Source: an uncultured delta proteobacterium (GTDB lineage: Bacteria > Desulfobacterota > WTBG01 > CAIYCZ01). From it: a stretch of DNA of 64,000 bases. Position 1 is the stretch's first letter. Every line of letters begins with the position of its first letter. The position numbers and the translations under genes are program-made. The notes beneath the pieces are model-generated. The model was not told the DNA's origin, did not search any database, and saw nothing but the letters and a program-made list of their open reading frames with translations. The DNA lies in the NCBI GenBank assembly GCA_963803975.1, contig CAWDOY010000014.1, positions 32,001 to 96,000 on the forward strand, given 5' to 3'. Below are positions 18,827 to 28,041 of the stretch, piece by piece.

Positions 18827-19803
18827 CAGCGGATCACCTCATCTGCCTGCTGGATAGCGCCGGGAGCTATCTGGATACCCAGCTTCTGGGCGGTTTTCTC
18901 ATCAATGCTCACTCTGATGCGGGTCGGCGCCTCGACGGTAACCCGGGTATTGACGCCCTGCTTCAGCAGTTTCATGGCCATGGTTCCTGCCTGGATGCCC
19001 ATATCCCGGTAATCTATGATAAAAGAAAGAATGGCGCCGTTTTTGGCGAACCAGCTGTTGTAGCCGACTACGGGAATCGTTCTGCGCAGCGCCTCTTTAA
19101 TAATATATTCAACTATTTTCTGAGAGTTAATCTGCTCATCAGGAATCATCAGCAGGGCATCGATTGAAAAATCTTTCGAGGCTATGGTTGGCAGAATATC
19201 GCTTGCCGAGGTTATGGGTAAGCCGACGATAGCCAGCCCCTGCAGGTCTGCTTCTTTGCGGAGCGATTCAACCACGGTCTTATTTTCTCCCTGGCTGAAA
19301 AAAACACCCACCCGTTTGCGCTCGGGGAAGGTCTTTTTAATCTGCTGCAGCTGATAGGCGAGCGGGATATTGAGGCTTACCCCGGAATAGAGTTTTTCCT
19401 TTGCTATAAGGCGGTGCGGATTGAGCACCATACAGAAAAGCTTGGGTGCGGGGAATTTTATTTCTGAAAGCAGAAACGCTGCCTGCGGACCGACCGCGAC
19501 GATAAGCCGGTATTCTTTCTCTTTGACGCTGCTGATAATCTCCCGTCCCTTGTCTAAATCGTTTTCAATACTGACCACCTGCAGGGAGTAGGCGGAAAGC
19601 GTTTCCCGCAGCCCCCCGATGCAGCTGCTGTAGGGAATGATAGTGCTGGTATTTATTACCAGCACATCCTCTGCCCTCGCTGCGTAGCTGCTCGCGGCGA
19701 GGAGAAGAAGGGCAATAAAGAAAATTTTCAGGGAAATACGTTGGCGCGTGCGAGATGTTTGGGCCATTATCATAAGTCTGGTTAAAGACAAATATGCTGT
19801 CAT
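18826..19803 (-). CDS. Periplasmic ABC-substrate-binding-like protein (ABC_sub_bind family); start uncertain, possibly 19767
   Basis: Signal peptide, VAVGP, SGVSLNIP, RVGVFFS and GAILSFIIDY motifs. Its stop overlaps the kinase start, and no permease or ATPase gene is nearby. Confidence 0.75.
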   Translation of the reverse strand: MTAYLSLTRLMIMAQTSRTRQRISLKIFFIALLLLAASSYAARAEDVLVINTSTIIPYSSCIGGLRETLSAYSLQVVSIENDLDKGREIISSVKEKEYRLIVAVGPQAAFLLSEIKFPAPKLFCMVLNPHRLIAKEKLYSGVSLNIPLAYQLQQIKKTFPERKRVGVFFSQGENKTVVESLRKEADLQGLAIVGLPITSASDILPTIASKDFSIDALLMIPDEQINSQKIVEYIIKEALRRTIPVVGYNSWFAKNGAILSFIIDYRDMGIQAGTMAMKLLKQGVNTRVTVEAPTRIRVSIDEKTAQKLGIQIAPGAIQQADEVIR

Positions 19804-19839
19804 TTATAATCAAATATCTCAATAACCACAAGGAATTAA

Positions 19840-19898
19840 TTGGTTAAATTGAACCAATATTTTTTTGTAAAACCAATGCTTTGGCTGAAAAAAACCAA
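19840..19898. promoter_or_regulatory. Two 18-bp palindromes TTGG-N10-CCAA, putative enhancer (UAS) for the sigma54 activator
   Basis: TTGGTTAAATTGAACCAA at 19840-19857 and TTGGCTGAAAAAAACCAA at 19881-19898, 41 bp apart, plus a half site ending at 19876. Confidence 0.65.
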
Positions 19899-20013
19899 CT
19901 GTTTCTGGCTGCTCTTCTTTTGCGGCGATCGAAAAAATTGTTGTTGTTTTATAATTGTCTGTAATTGCTTTCATTTTTGTTTTATTGCTGACATTTAACA
20001 TGATCTGGCCTGT

Positions 20014-20029
20014 TGGCATTCTCCTTGTA
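20014..20029 (+). promoter_or_regulatory. Putative sigma54 (-24/-12) promoter
   Basis: TGGCATTCTCCTTGTA fits TGGCAC-N5-TTGC spacing, with GT in place of GC at -12. It lies about 80 bp before the first KS gene. Confidence 0.65.
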
Positions 20030-20111
20030 ATACATCTAATCAAAATTTTAATCTCTTTATAACTATCGCAAATAAAAAAATCAGAATATCTGGCTGCAGA
20101 AAGAGAAAAAC

Positions 20112-21461
20112 ATGACCGCATACTTTTCTAAAAAATGGGAACAAAAGAAGCTGCAACAAAAACGGGTTGTAATTACCGGCTTTGGTGCGGTAACGCCGCT
20201 TGGCAATGACATTCAGACCACGTGGAGCAATCTTATAAAGGGCGTATCCGGTATTGGGCCCATTACCCTTTTTGATGCAATGACATATCCGGTCAAGATT
20301 GCTGCAGAGGTAAAAAATTTCAACTTTGATACTCCGCTTATCTCGGAAGAAATCGACCGGTATTTCGGGCGCAGCACCCGGTTCTGCGTTAGCGCAGTAA
20401 AAGAGGCTCTGCACAAAGCAGGCCTTAATCTCGAGCACTTGGACTCGGGAAATATCGGGCTCTCGCTCGGATCTAATGAAGAATATGCGCACTTCTCTCA
20501 GTATGACCGCATGTTTGAGCCGGAAAAAATATTTGACCTGCTCCGGTCGCGGAAACTGGAACAATGCAATGGCAACCCCTATGCTCATTTTGCTTCTTCA
20601 AAAAACCTCGGGCAGATCTGGCCGCTGCGCAGAAGCGCACACATGGCCGCTAACCTCATTTCCATCCTGTACAACATTCAGGGTCCCATCAGCACCACCT
20701 CAAGCGCCTGCGCTTCATCTGCTCAGGCAATCGGGCGGGCCCTGCGGATGATACAGGACGGCGATGCGGAAGTTGTTATCACCGGGGGATGTGATTCCAT
20801 TATCGGCGAAACCGCCGTGACCGGCTTTGCCCTCCTCGGGGCCCTCTCCAAGCATAATGATGCGCCGGAAAAAGCATCCCGGCCCTTTGATCTTATGCGC
20901 GACGGCTTTATTCTCGGCGAGGGATCCGGCGTGCTGGTGCTGGAAGAATTTGAACATGCCAGAAAACGCAATGCACCCATCATCGCTGAGCTTGCCGGCT
21001 ATGGCTCCTCTTCCAACGCCTATCGTCTTACCGCCTCACCCGAAGATGGGCGCGGCGCAGACAGCTGCATGAGCGCTGCGCTGCAGGATGCGGGCTGCTC
21101 CATCGAGGATGTAGACTATATCAATGCCCATGGCACGTCCACCTACATCAATGACAAATGTGAAACTGCTGCCATAAAAAAAGTATTTCAAGACCGCGCC
21201 TACGAAATTCCCGTGAGCTCCAACAAGTCCATGCTCGGGCATCTGGTTGCCAGCGCAGCCTCTATTGAACTTATCATCAGCGTTCTGACGCTTACTGGCG
21301 GCATTATACCCCCGACCATCAACTATGAGAATCCGGACCCTGAGTGTGACCTGGACTATGTTCCGAATGAGTCCAGAACAAAGCAGATGAAGACCATCCT
21401 TTCTAATTCTTTTGCGTTTGGCGGACAAAACGCCTCGCTGGTGGTGAAAAAATTCCATTAG
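20112..21461 (+). CDS. fabF: Beta-ketoacyl-ACP synthase (FabF-like), catalytically intact
   Basis: RVVITG, SACASS (Cys), NAHGTST and MLGH (His/His), SNSFAFGGQN. Confidence 0.88.
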   Translation: MTAYFSKKWEQKKLQQKRVVITGFGAVTPLGNDIQTTWSNLIKGVSGIGPITLFDAMTYPVKIAAEVKNFNFDTPLISEEIDRYFGRSTRFCVSAVKEALHKAGLNLEHLDSGNIGLSLGSNEEYAHFSQYDRMFEPEKIFDLLRSRKLEQCNGNPYAHFASSKNLGQIWPLRRSAHMAANLISILYNIQGPISTTSSACASSAQAIGRALRMIQDGDAEVVITGGCDSIIGETAVTGFALLGALSKHNDAPEKASRPFDLMRDGFILGEGSGVLVLEEFEHARKRNAPIIAELAGYGSSSNAYRLTASPEDGRGADSCMSAALQDAGCSIEDVDYINAHGTSTYINDKCETAAIKKVFQDRAYEIPVSSNKSMLGHLVASAASIELIISVLTLTGGIIPPTINYENPDPECDLDYVPNESRTKQMKTILSNSFAFGGQNASLVVKKFH

Positions 21462-21678
21462 TCCCCTGGTTCGGAACGGTTTAAAAGGAGCGGTGAGACT
21501 ACGGCGCCGCCGGACCAATCCGGCAGACGGTTGACCAGCTCAAAGGCGCACAAATCGGTCAAGCCCAAAACTGCCGTATAGTGCCTGCAGCACCTCCCTC
21601 AAAAAAAGGTCGCTGCGAATAAAAAGCAGCTGACCCTGACAATCCCATAAACATATACCGCGGTGTGGTTACCTTATT

Positions 21679-22974
21679 ATGAGCAGAAGAGCCGTCATTA
21701 CCGGCATGGGGGTTGTTTCTCCCCTCGGCATCGGAAAAGAAGAAAACTGGCAGCACCTCCTGGCGGGAACATCAGGCATTAGCCGGATATCCCGGTTGAA
21801 CGTGGAACACCTGCCGGTGAAGCTTGGGGCAGAAGTAAAAAATTTCAACCCCAAACAATTTATCGCCGACCGGAAGGCGCTCCGGCTCTCTTTTTTAAAT
21901 GTACATCTTGGTCTGGCCGCCGCCAAGCTTGCCGTCGATGATGCCGCGCTGCCGCTTGATAAAATTGACCCTACCCGGTTTGGTGCCATCATCGGCTCCG
22001 GGGGCGGAGGATTTGATGACGGCCCCGGATATGAGGATTTAAATGAGCCGATTCTCCGGTCGTGGGACGAAGAAGAAAAGACCTTTGATTCGGCAAAGTT
22101 CGGCGAGAAGGGAGTGCCGGTTGCCCATCCGCTCTTTCTCCTTAAAGCGCTGCCTAACAATGCCTTCTATTACATCTCTCTTCTGTATAACATCCAGGGT
22201 GAAAATAATAATATCATCTCCTCCTATACCGGCGGCTCCCAGGCAATTGGTGACGCCTTCCGCTCGATCCGGCGGGGTGATGCCGATCTTATGATCGCGG
22301 GCGGCTATGACTGCCTGCTGACGCCCAATACCCTCTTCAGCCTTCATGCCATGAACCTGCTGTCCGGCCAGGAAGACCCCGCAACTGCGTGCCGGCCTTT
22401 TGATTTTATGCGCGATGGCATGGTTGCCGGCGAGGGCGCCGGGTTTGTGCTTGTTGAAGAGCTCTCCCACGCGCAGAACCGGGGCGCGCAGATATATGCT
22501 GAAATCGTCGGCTACGGAAATGCCTCCAGCGCCTATCATATTTACCAGCCGGCACCCGGAGGCGACGGCATGAGCAGGGCCATACTGCGGGCGCTTGAGG
22601 ATGCGCAGCTTGATGCAGCAGCAGTCGGCTGGGTCAGTGCAGATGGTATTGCAACCCAGGAAAGCGACCGGGCAGAGGTCTGCGCGCTCAAAACGGTCTT
22701 TGGTGATCGGCTTTCCCAGCTTCCCGTCAGCGCCACCAAATCAATGACCGGACACCTTGGTTCTGCCTCCGGTGCCATAGAGACGGTATACGCTGTTCTG
22801 GCGCTCTGCCAGGGGCTGCTTCCACCCACCATAAACTATGAACACCCGGATCCCGACTGTGCCCTTGATCTGGTCCTGCACCAGCCGCGGGAGAAACAGA
22901 TAGCAACGGCGCTGTCGATTAACCAGGGCATCGGCGGGCAGTGCACCGCGCTTATGTTTAAAAAATATGCTTGA
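21679..22974 (+). CDS. Ketosynthase-like protein lacking catalytic residues (chain-length-factor-like)
   Basis: Full KS fold motifs are present, but ISSYTGGS replaces the Cys motif and SADG replaces NAHG. Confidence 0.8.
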   Translation: MSRRAVITGMGVVSPLGIGKEENWQHLLAGTSGISRISRLNVEHLPVKLGAEVKNFNPKQFIADRKALRLSFLNVHLGLAAAKLAVDDAALPLDKIDPTRFGAIIGSGGGGFDDGPGYEDLNEPILRSWDEEEKTFDSAKFGEKGVPVAHPLFLLKALPNNAFYYISLLYNIQGENNNIISSYTGGSQAIGDAFRSIRRGDADLMIAGGYDCLLTPNTLFSLHAMNLLSGQEDPATACRPFDFMRDGMVAGEGAGFVLVEELSHAQNRGAQIYAEIVGYGNASSAYHIYQPAPGGDGMSRAILRALEDAQLDAAAVGWVSADGIATQESDRAEVCALKTVFGDRLSQLPVSATKSMTGHLGSASGAIETVYAVLALCQGLLPPTINYEHPDPDCALDLVLHQPREKQIATALSINQGIGGQCTALMFKKYA

Positions 22975-23037
22975 GCAAAAAGAATCGCTCAGTCCGGTGT
23001 AATTATATCAATAGTACGTACGCGTTTAAGACAGAAT

Positions 23038-23787
23038 ATGTCCTTGAAATTACAAGACAGAGTTGCTATCGTTACGGGTGCTTCGAGCGGCATCGGCAGC
23101 ACCATTGCCCTGCACCTCGCTGCGGCCGGGGCCGTGGTGATAGGTACCTATCACCACAACCGCGAGAAGGCTGAACAGGTTGTTCGAACCATAAGCGAAA
23201 CCGGGAGCAGGGCTCTGTGCCTGGAGGGGGATGTGAGAAGTTTTTCTGCCATGGAACAGCTGGCGGCAACGGTGGTGGAACAGTTCGGCCGCATTGACAT
23301 CCTGGTGAATAATGCCGGCATCACCCGCGACCAGCTGCTGCTGGCCATGTCCGAGCAGGATTTCCGGGATGTTGTCGAGACCAACCTCTACGGCGCCTTC
23401 AACTGCACCAAGGCGGTAGCCCAGCAGATGATGATGCAGAAGCGTGGCCGGATCATTAATATCTCTTCTGTTGCCGGGGAGCGGGGTGGCAGAGGCCAGA
23501 CCAATTACGCCGCCTCCAAGGGGGGGCTTAACGCGTTTACCCGCGCAGCCGCCATTGAGCTGGCACCAAAAAATATCACCGTGAATGCCATAGCTCCCGG
23601 CGTCATTGAGACCGAAATGAGCAAGGAAGTCATGCGCCGGGCACAGGACCAGGTTCTAAACCATATTCCGCTGAAGCGGCTGGGCACTGCTGATGAAGTA
23701 GCAGGCCTGGCGGTATTTCTGGCAACTGATGACGCCGCATATATTACCGGGGAGATCATCCGCGTTGACGGAGGCTTCAGAGGGTAG
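23038..23787 (+). CDS. fabG: 3-oxoacyl-ACP reductase
   Basis: TGASSGIG, NNAGITRD, GQTNYAASK, VDGG. Confidence 0.9.
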   Translation: MSLKLQDRVAIVTGASSGIGSTIALHLAAAGAVVIGTYHHNREKAEQVVRTISETGSRALCLEGDVRSFSAMEQLAATVVEQFGRIDILVNNAGITRDQLLLAMSEQDFRDVVETNLYGAFNCTKAVAQQMMMQKRGRIINISSVAGERGGRGQTNYAASKGGLNAFTRAAAIELAPKNITVNAIAPGVIETEMSKEVMRRAQDQVLNHIPLKRLGTADEVAGLAVFLATDDAAYITGEIIRVDGGFRG

Positions 23788-23822
23788 GCGCGTAATCGTG
23801 AGAGAAAGGATGGACGTTTGTT

Positions 23823-24236
23823 ATGATCGATGAAAAAGAAATTCTAAAAAAAGTACAGGAAAGTATCGTGGAAGCACTCGGGGTGGATGAGGAAGATGCG
23901 ACGCCGGGAGCTGTCCTGTTTGATGATCTGGGAGCCGAATCCCTGGATCTGCTGGACATTGTTTTCCGTTTGGAAAAAATCTTTGGCATCAAAGTCCCCC
24001 GCGGCGGCATCCAGCAGGACCTGCTGGATGAAGAAGGGCTGAAGGAGGAAGAGGTGCTGATTGACGGCGCGCTCACTGCACGCGGGGCTGAAGAGCTTAA
24101 AAAAAGGATGCCCGAAGTTGACGGGGAACGAATCGTCGAGGGGTTCCGCATTGATGACATCCCGATGCTTTTTACCGTGCAGACCTTTGTCAATATTGTA
24201 AAGCGGGCGCTTGCGGAAAAAGAAACCGCGCACTAA
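23823..24236 (+). CDS. Acyl carrier protein, extended (137 aa)
   Basis: DDLGAESLDLLDIVFRLEKIFGIKVP phosphopantetheine helix, then an acidic insertion of about 50 aa before FTVQTFVNIV. Confidence 0.85.
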   Translation: MIDEKEILKKVQESIVEALGVDEEDATPGAVLFDDLGAESLDLLDIVFRLEKIFGIKVPRGGIQQDLLDEEGLKEEEVLIDGALTARGAEELKKRMPEVDGERIVEGFRIDDIPMLFTVQTFVNIVKRALAEKETAH

Positions 24237-24299
24237 TGCCTGACGCTTGGAACTGAATAACCCCAGGATCGGCAGGACCGGCAACACAAACACACGAGC

Positions 24300-25606
24300 A
24301 TGCCTATGCGGCGCAGAGTAGTCATTACCGGAATGGGAGCCATTACTCCCCTGGGAAATGATCTGAAAACCACCTGGCAGGCAGTGATTAACGGCAGTTC
24401 GGGAATCGGCCTGATAACCAGGTTTGATGCTTCCACGTTTCCCGTAAAAATTGCCGGCGAGGTCAGGGATTTTCAGTTTGATTGCTCCCTGCTTCCCCGG
24501 GACTGCTCCGGCCTGGTCGGACGCAGCGCCCAGCTGGGCATAGCGGCTGCGCGCATGGCGCTCGAAGATGCGGGCCTTCTACTGCCGGCAGTTGAGCAGC
24601 CGGTTATGGGTATCTCTCTGGGGGCAGATGAAGAATATATTCCGCTCGGAAACATTCCTGATTTTTTTAACCGGGACTATCTATACCGGGCGTATGCTGA
24701 TCCCTGGAGCGCTCATGCGCAGATGCTGCAGGCATCTCTGCAGCGCGGAAAGCTCTTTTCCTTCCGGCGGCGGGCAGATATCGGCTCAGCAGTGATATCG
24801 CCGTTCTGTTTAATCTCCGCGGGCCGGCATCCACGGTACATACGGCCTGCTCATCAAGCGGGCACGCTATCGGCCAGGCCAAGCGGTTTATCGAAAGCGG
24901 CGACTGTGATATTGCCCTGGCCGGCGGCCACTGCTCGATGCTCACCGAACATGCTGTTGCCGGGTTTTATCTGCTGGGAACGCTCTCCACCCGCAATGAT
25001 GACCCGCTCCGGGCCAGCCGCCCCTTTGACCGGACGCGGGATGGCTTTGTGATGAGCGAGGGGGCCGGCATGCTTATTCTTGAAGAACTCTCCCATGCAC
25101 AAAAAAGAGGCGCCCGGATTTATGCCGAGCTCACCGGCTGCGGCTCCTCTTCCAATGCCTACCGTATCACTGATTCGCCGCCTGACGGCCGGGGCGGCGA
25201 TCTCTGCATGAAACGGGCTCTTGCCGATGCGCGGCAAGAGCATCGACGCCATTGATTATATCAATGCCCACGGCACATCAACGGTGCTCAATGATAAAAG
25301 TGAAACCTTGTCTATAAAAAAAGTTTTCGGCGAGCGAGCCTATCAGATACCCGTAAGCTCTACCAAATCCATGCATGGACACCTGGTGAACTGCCTCGTC
25401 GGCGGTGGAACTCATCCTCTGCGTTCTGGCGGTGAGAGACCATATTATTCCCCCGACCACCAATCTTAGCGGTGCCGGACCCCGCGTGCGACCTTGACTA
25501 TGTGCCCAACACGGCCCGGGAGAAGAAGCTCCGGGCCGTGCTTTCAAATTCGCTTGCTTTCGGCGGTCAGAACTGTTCGCTGGTAATGGAACATTTCAGC
25601 GGCTAA
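24300..25606 (+). CDS. fabF: Second intact-site FabF-like ketosynthase, broken by four frameshifts (sequencing error or pseudogene)
   Basis: Stitched frames give TACSSS, SRPFD, NAHGTST, MHGH and [10 protein letters not shown]. Shifts occur near 24796, 25230, 25392 and 25468. Confidence 0.75.
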
Positions 25607-25667
25607 TGGTTCGGTTCGCGGTGCCGCACGGGTTTCAGCTTTTCTTTTTTATGCTTCTGCGGAGATT

Positions 25668-26657
25668 ATGAGGGCACTGGTTACCGGAGCGACTGGTTTT
25701 CTGGGAAGCGCGCTGGTTCGGGCGCTTGCTGCGCGGGGCGATGCGGTGACCGTGCTGGTGCGTCAGACCAGCAATTGCTCGGCATTTGCCGGTTGCCCGG
25801 TTACGCGCGTCACCGGAGACATGCAGGACCGGGACTCCCTTGCCCGGGCGACACGGGGAAACGATACGGTCTTCCACTGTGCGGGACGGGTAGCTGACTG
25901 GGGGCCGCGGAGCGAATTTTTCCGGGTGAATGTTGAAGGCACCAGAAACATCCTTGATGCAAGCTGCAGCGCTGGCCTTCAGCACTTTATTCATGTCAGT
26001 TCGCTGGTGGTGCTGGGGGTGCCGCGCACCATGCCCGTGACCGAAACGACGCCCTATGCAACCCGTTATTTTCATCCGTATGTTGAGACAAAAATTCTCG
26101 CGGAACAACTGGTTCTTGACTACCATGCCAGATACCGGCTGCCGGCAACAATAGTCCGGCCGGGTATTATATGGGGCCCTGGCGATACCACCATCTTCCC
26201 CCGGATAGAGCAGCTGGCCAGAAAAGGGCTCATGGTTATACTCGGCAGGGGAGATAATGTCCTGTGTCTTTCCTACATAGAAAACCTGGTGGCGGGCCTG
26301 CTTCGGGCAGCCGCCGTTGAACAGCCCGATGGCCAGATTTACAGCATTGCCGATGAAGAGCACATCACCTCCCGGGCTTTTTTTGCAGCATTAACCGCGG
26401 CACTTGACCTGCCGCCGCCAAGGCTAACAGTTCCTTTTTCAGCCCTCGATGCTGCCGCCCGCCTCTGTGAAGGATGGGCGCGGCTGGTGCGCTCATCTCA
26501 GGCCCCCCTGCTCACCCGCCTGGGGCTGTATTTGTGGGGAACTCATTATATCGCTGACATCACCAAGGCACGGCAGAAGCTTGGGTACCGGCAGCAGGTG
26601 TCCTTTAGAGAGGGAATGAAACTGTTGGCGGAATGGTATGCAAAAACTAAAATGTGA
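25668..26657 (+). CDS. Extended SDR, NAD-dependent epimerase/dehydratase (3-beta-HSD/OleD-like)
   Basis: TGATGFLG, FHCAG, VNVEGT, YVETK (YxxxK), RPGIIWGPGD. Confidence 0.85.
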   Translation: MRALVTGATGFLGSALVRALAARGDAVTVLVRQTSNCSAFAGCPVTRVTGDMQDRDSLARATRGNDTVFHCAGRVADWGPRSEFFRVNVEGTRNILDASCSAGLQHFIHVSSLVVLGVPRTMPVTETTPYATRYFHPYVETKILAEQLVLDYHARYRLPATIVRPGIIWGPGDTTIFPRIEQLARKGLMVILGRGDNVLCLSYIENLVAGLLRAAAVEQPDGQIYSIADEEHITSRAFFAALTAALDLPPPRLTVPFSALDAAARLCEGWARLVRSSQAPLLTRLGLYLWGTHYIADITKARQKLGYRQQVSFREGMKLLAEWYAKTKM

Positions 26658-26833
26658 AGCTTCCCGCCTAACCCGAAAGCATTCGGGACGAGGCACGAAA
26701 CCGATCATCTTGAGCACGCTATGACATAGATATTAATTGCATCAAGTTCTGATAAATAATTTTGGTCATTTATTAATTTACATAATTATAAATTATAGCT
26801 ATAGCACATGTGCTTTTTCGTATTGCGAAAAAC

Positions 26834-27826
26834 ATGAAGGTATTGGTTACCGGGGCAACCGGTTTTTTAGGAAAACATTTGGTTCAGAAGCTTGTCGCAC
26901 GCGGTGATGAGGTGTGCGCATTGGTGTGGCCGCCCAGCACCCGCTCCACGTTACAGAATCTATCGGTTACTATGCTTGAGGGCGACATCCAGAATGCGGA
27001 TTTAGTCATGCAGGCAGTAAAGGGAAATGACGTGGTGTTCCACTGTGCCGGAAAGGTAGATGATTGGGGGCCGCGAAACGAGTTTTATCGGGTAAATGTC
27101 GATGGCACGCGGAATATGCTTGAGGCATGCCGTATTTCTGGAGTCAAACACTTTATCCATATCAGCTCTCTCGCGGTTCTGGGGATTCCGGAAACGGCTC
27201 CGGTAGATGAAACAATGCCCTACACAACCAAGCCCTTTCACCCCTATATGGAAACAAAACTTGTCTCAGAGAAATTAGTCCTTGAATATCATAAGAAACA
27301 CAAACTTCCCGTGACCATTATCCGTCCGGGCATTCTGTGGGGTCCGGGAGATACCTCTATATTCCCACGACTTGAGCGACTGGCATCAAAGGGTCTGATG
27401 ATTTTTAAAATGGGAACGGGAAATAATGTGCTGTGTCTTTCCTATGTTCCTAATCTGGTGGATGCCCTGCTCCTGGCAGCGGATGTTGAAAATCCGGACT
27501 GTCAGATTTATCATATCGCTGATGAGGAAAGAATAACTTCAGGAGCTTATTTTGCCGCATTAACAAAAGCAATCAGCGCTAAACAACCGACTATCCCAAC
27601 TCCTTTTTTTGTGCTTTATATTGCCGCATCTCTGTTTGAGCTGGGAGCCAAACTTCTAAGATTATCCCAATCTCCACTTCTGACGAGATATGGGTTATAT
27701 TTATGGAGCTGCACTTTTATTGTTAACCTGTCAAAGGCAAAAAAACAGCTCGGCTACCAGCAACAGGTCTTTTTTAAAGAAGGAATGAAACAGTTAACAG
27801 AATGGTATGCAAAAACCAAAGGGTGA
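26834..27826 (+). CDS. Extended SDR, tandem paralogue of 25668-26657
   Basis: Same motifs (TGATGFLG, YMETK, RPGILWGPGD) and a near-identical C-terminus EWYAKTK. Confidence 0.85.
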   Translation: MKVLVTGATGFLGKHLVQKLVARGDEVCALVWPPSTRSTLQNLSVTMLEGDIQNADLVMQAVKGNDVVFHCAGKVDDWGPRNEFYRVNVDGTRNMLEACRISGVKHFIHISSLAVLGIPETAPVDETMPYTTKPFHPYMETKLVSEKLVLEYHKKHKLPVTIIRPGILWGPGDTSIFPRLERLASKGLMIFKMGTGNNVLCLSYVPNLVDALLLAADVENPDCQIYHIADEERITSGAYFAALTKAISAKQPTIPTPFFVLYIAASLFELGAKLLRLSQSPLLTRYGLYLWSCTFIVNLSKAKKQLGYQQQVFFKEGMKQLTEWYAKTKG

Positions 27827-28041
27827 ATATGAGCTTCTCTAATAGCAATAGTATATTATTCGACCATCAACATAGAGGCTCCGTCTTAATACCAGTTTTG
27901 GTAGTGGCAAGCCTTAGCTTGCGTTTATGAGATTTCGCTGTTTCAATATCTTGCGCAGCCTAACCACTTCAAAAACCAATTCATTTATAAATTGCGACTC
28001 AGTCTTATAGCCGGCTATTTAAGTAAATAATTGGTAAATAT

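Noticed and set aside
27901..27967. GTAG-type REP-like palindrome (GTAGTGGCAAGCCTTAGCTTGCG)
   Set aside because: It is a single degenerate copy with no associated transposase, too weak to call.
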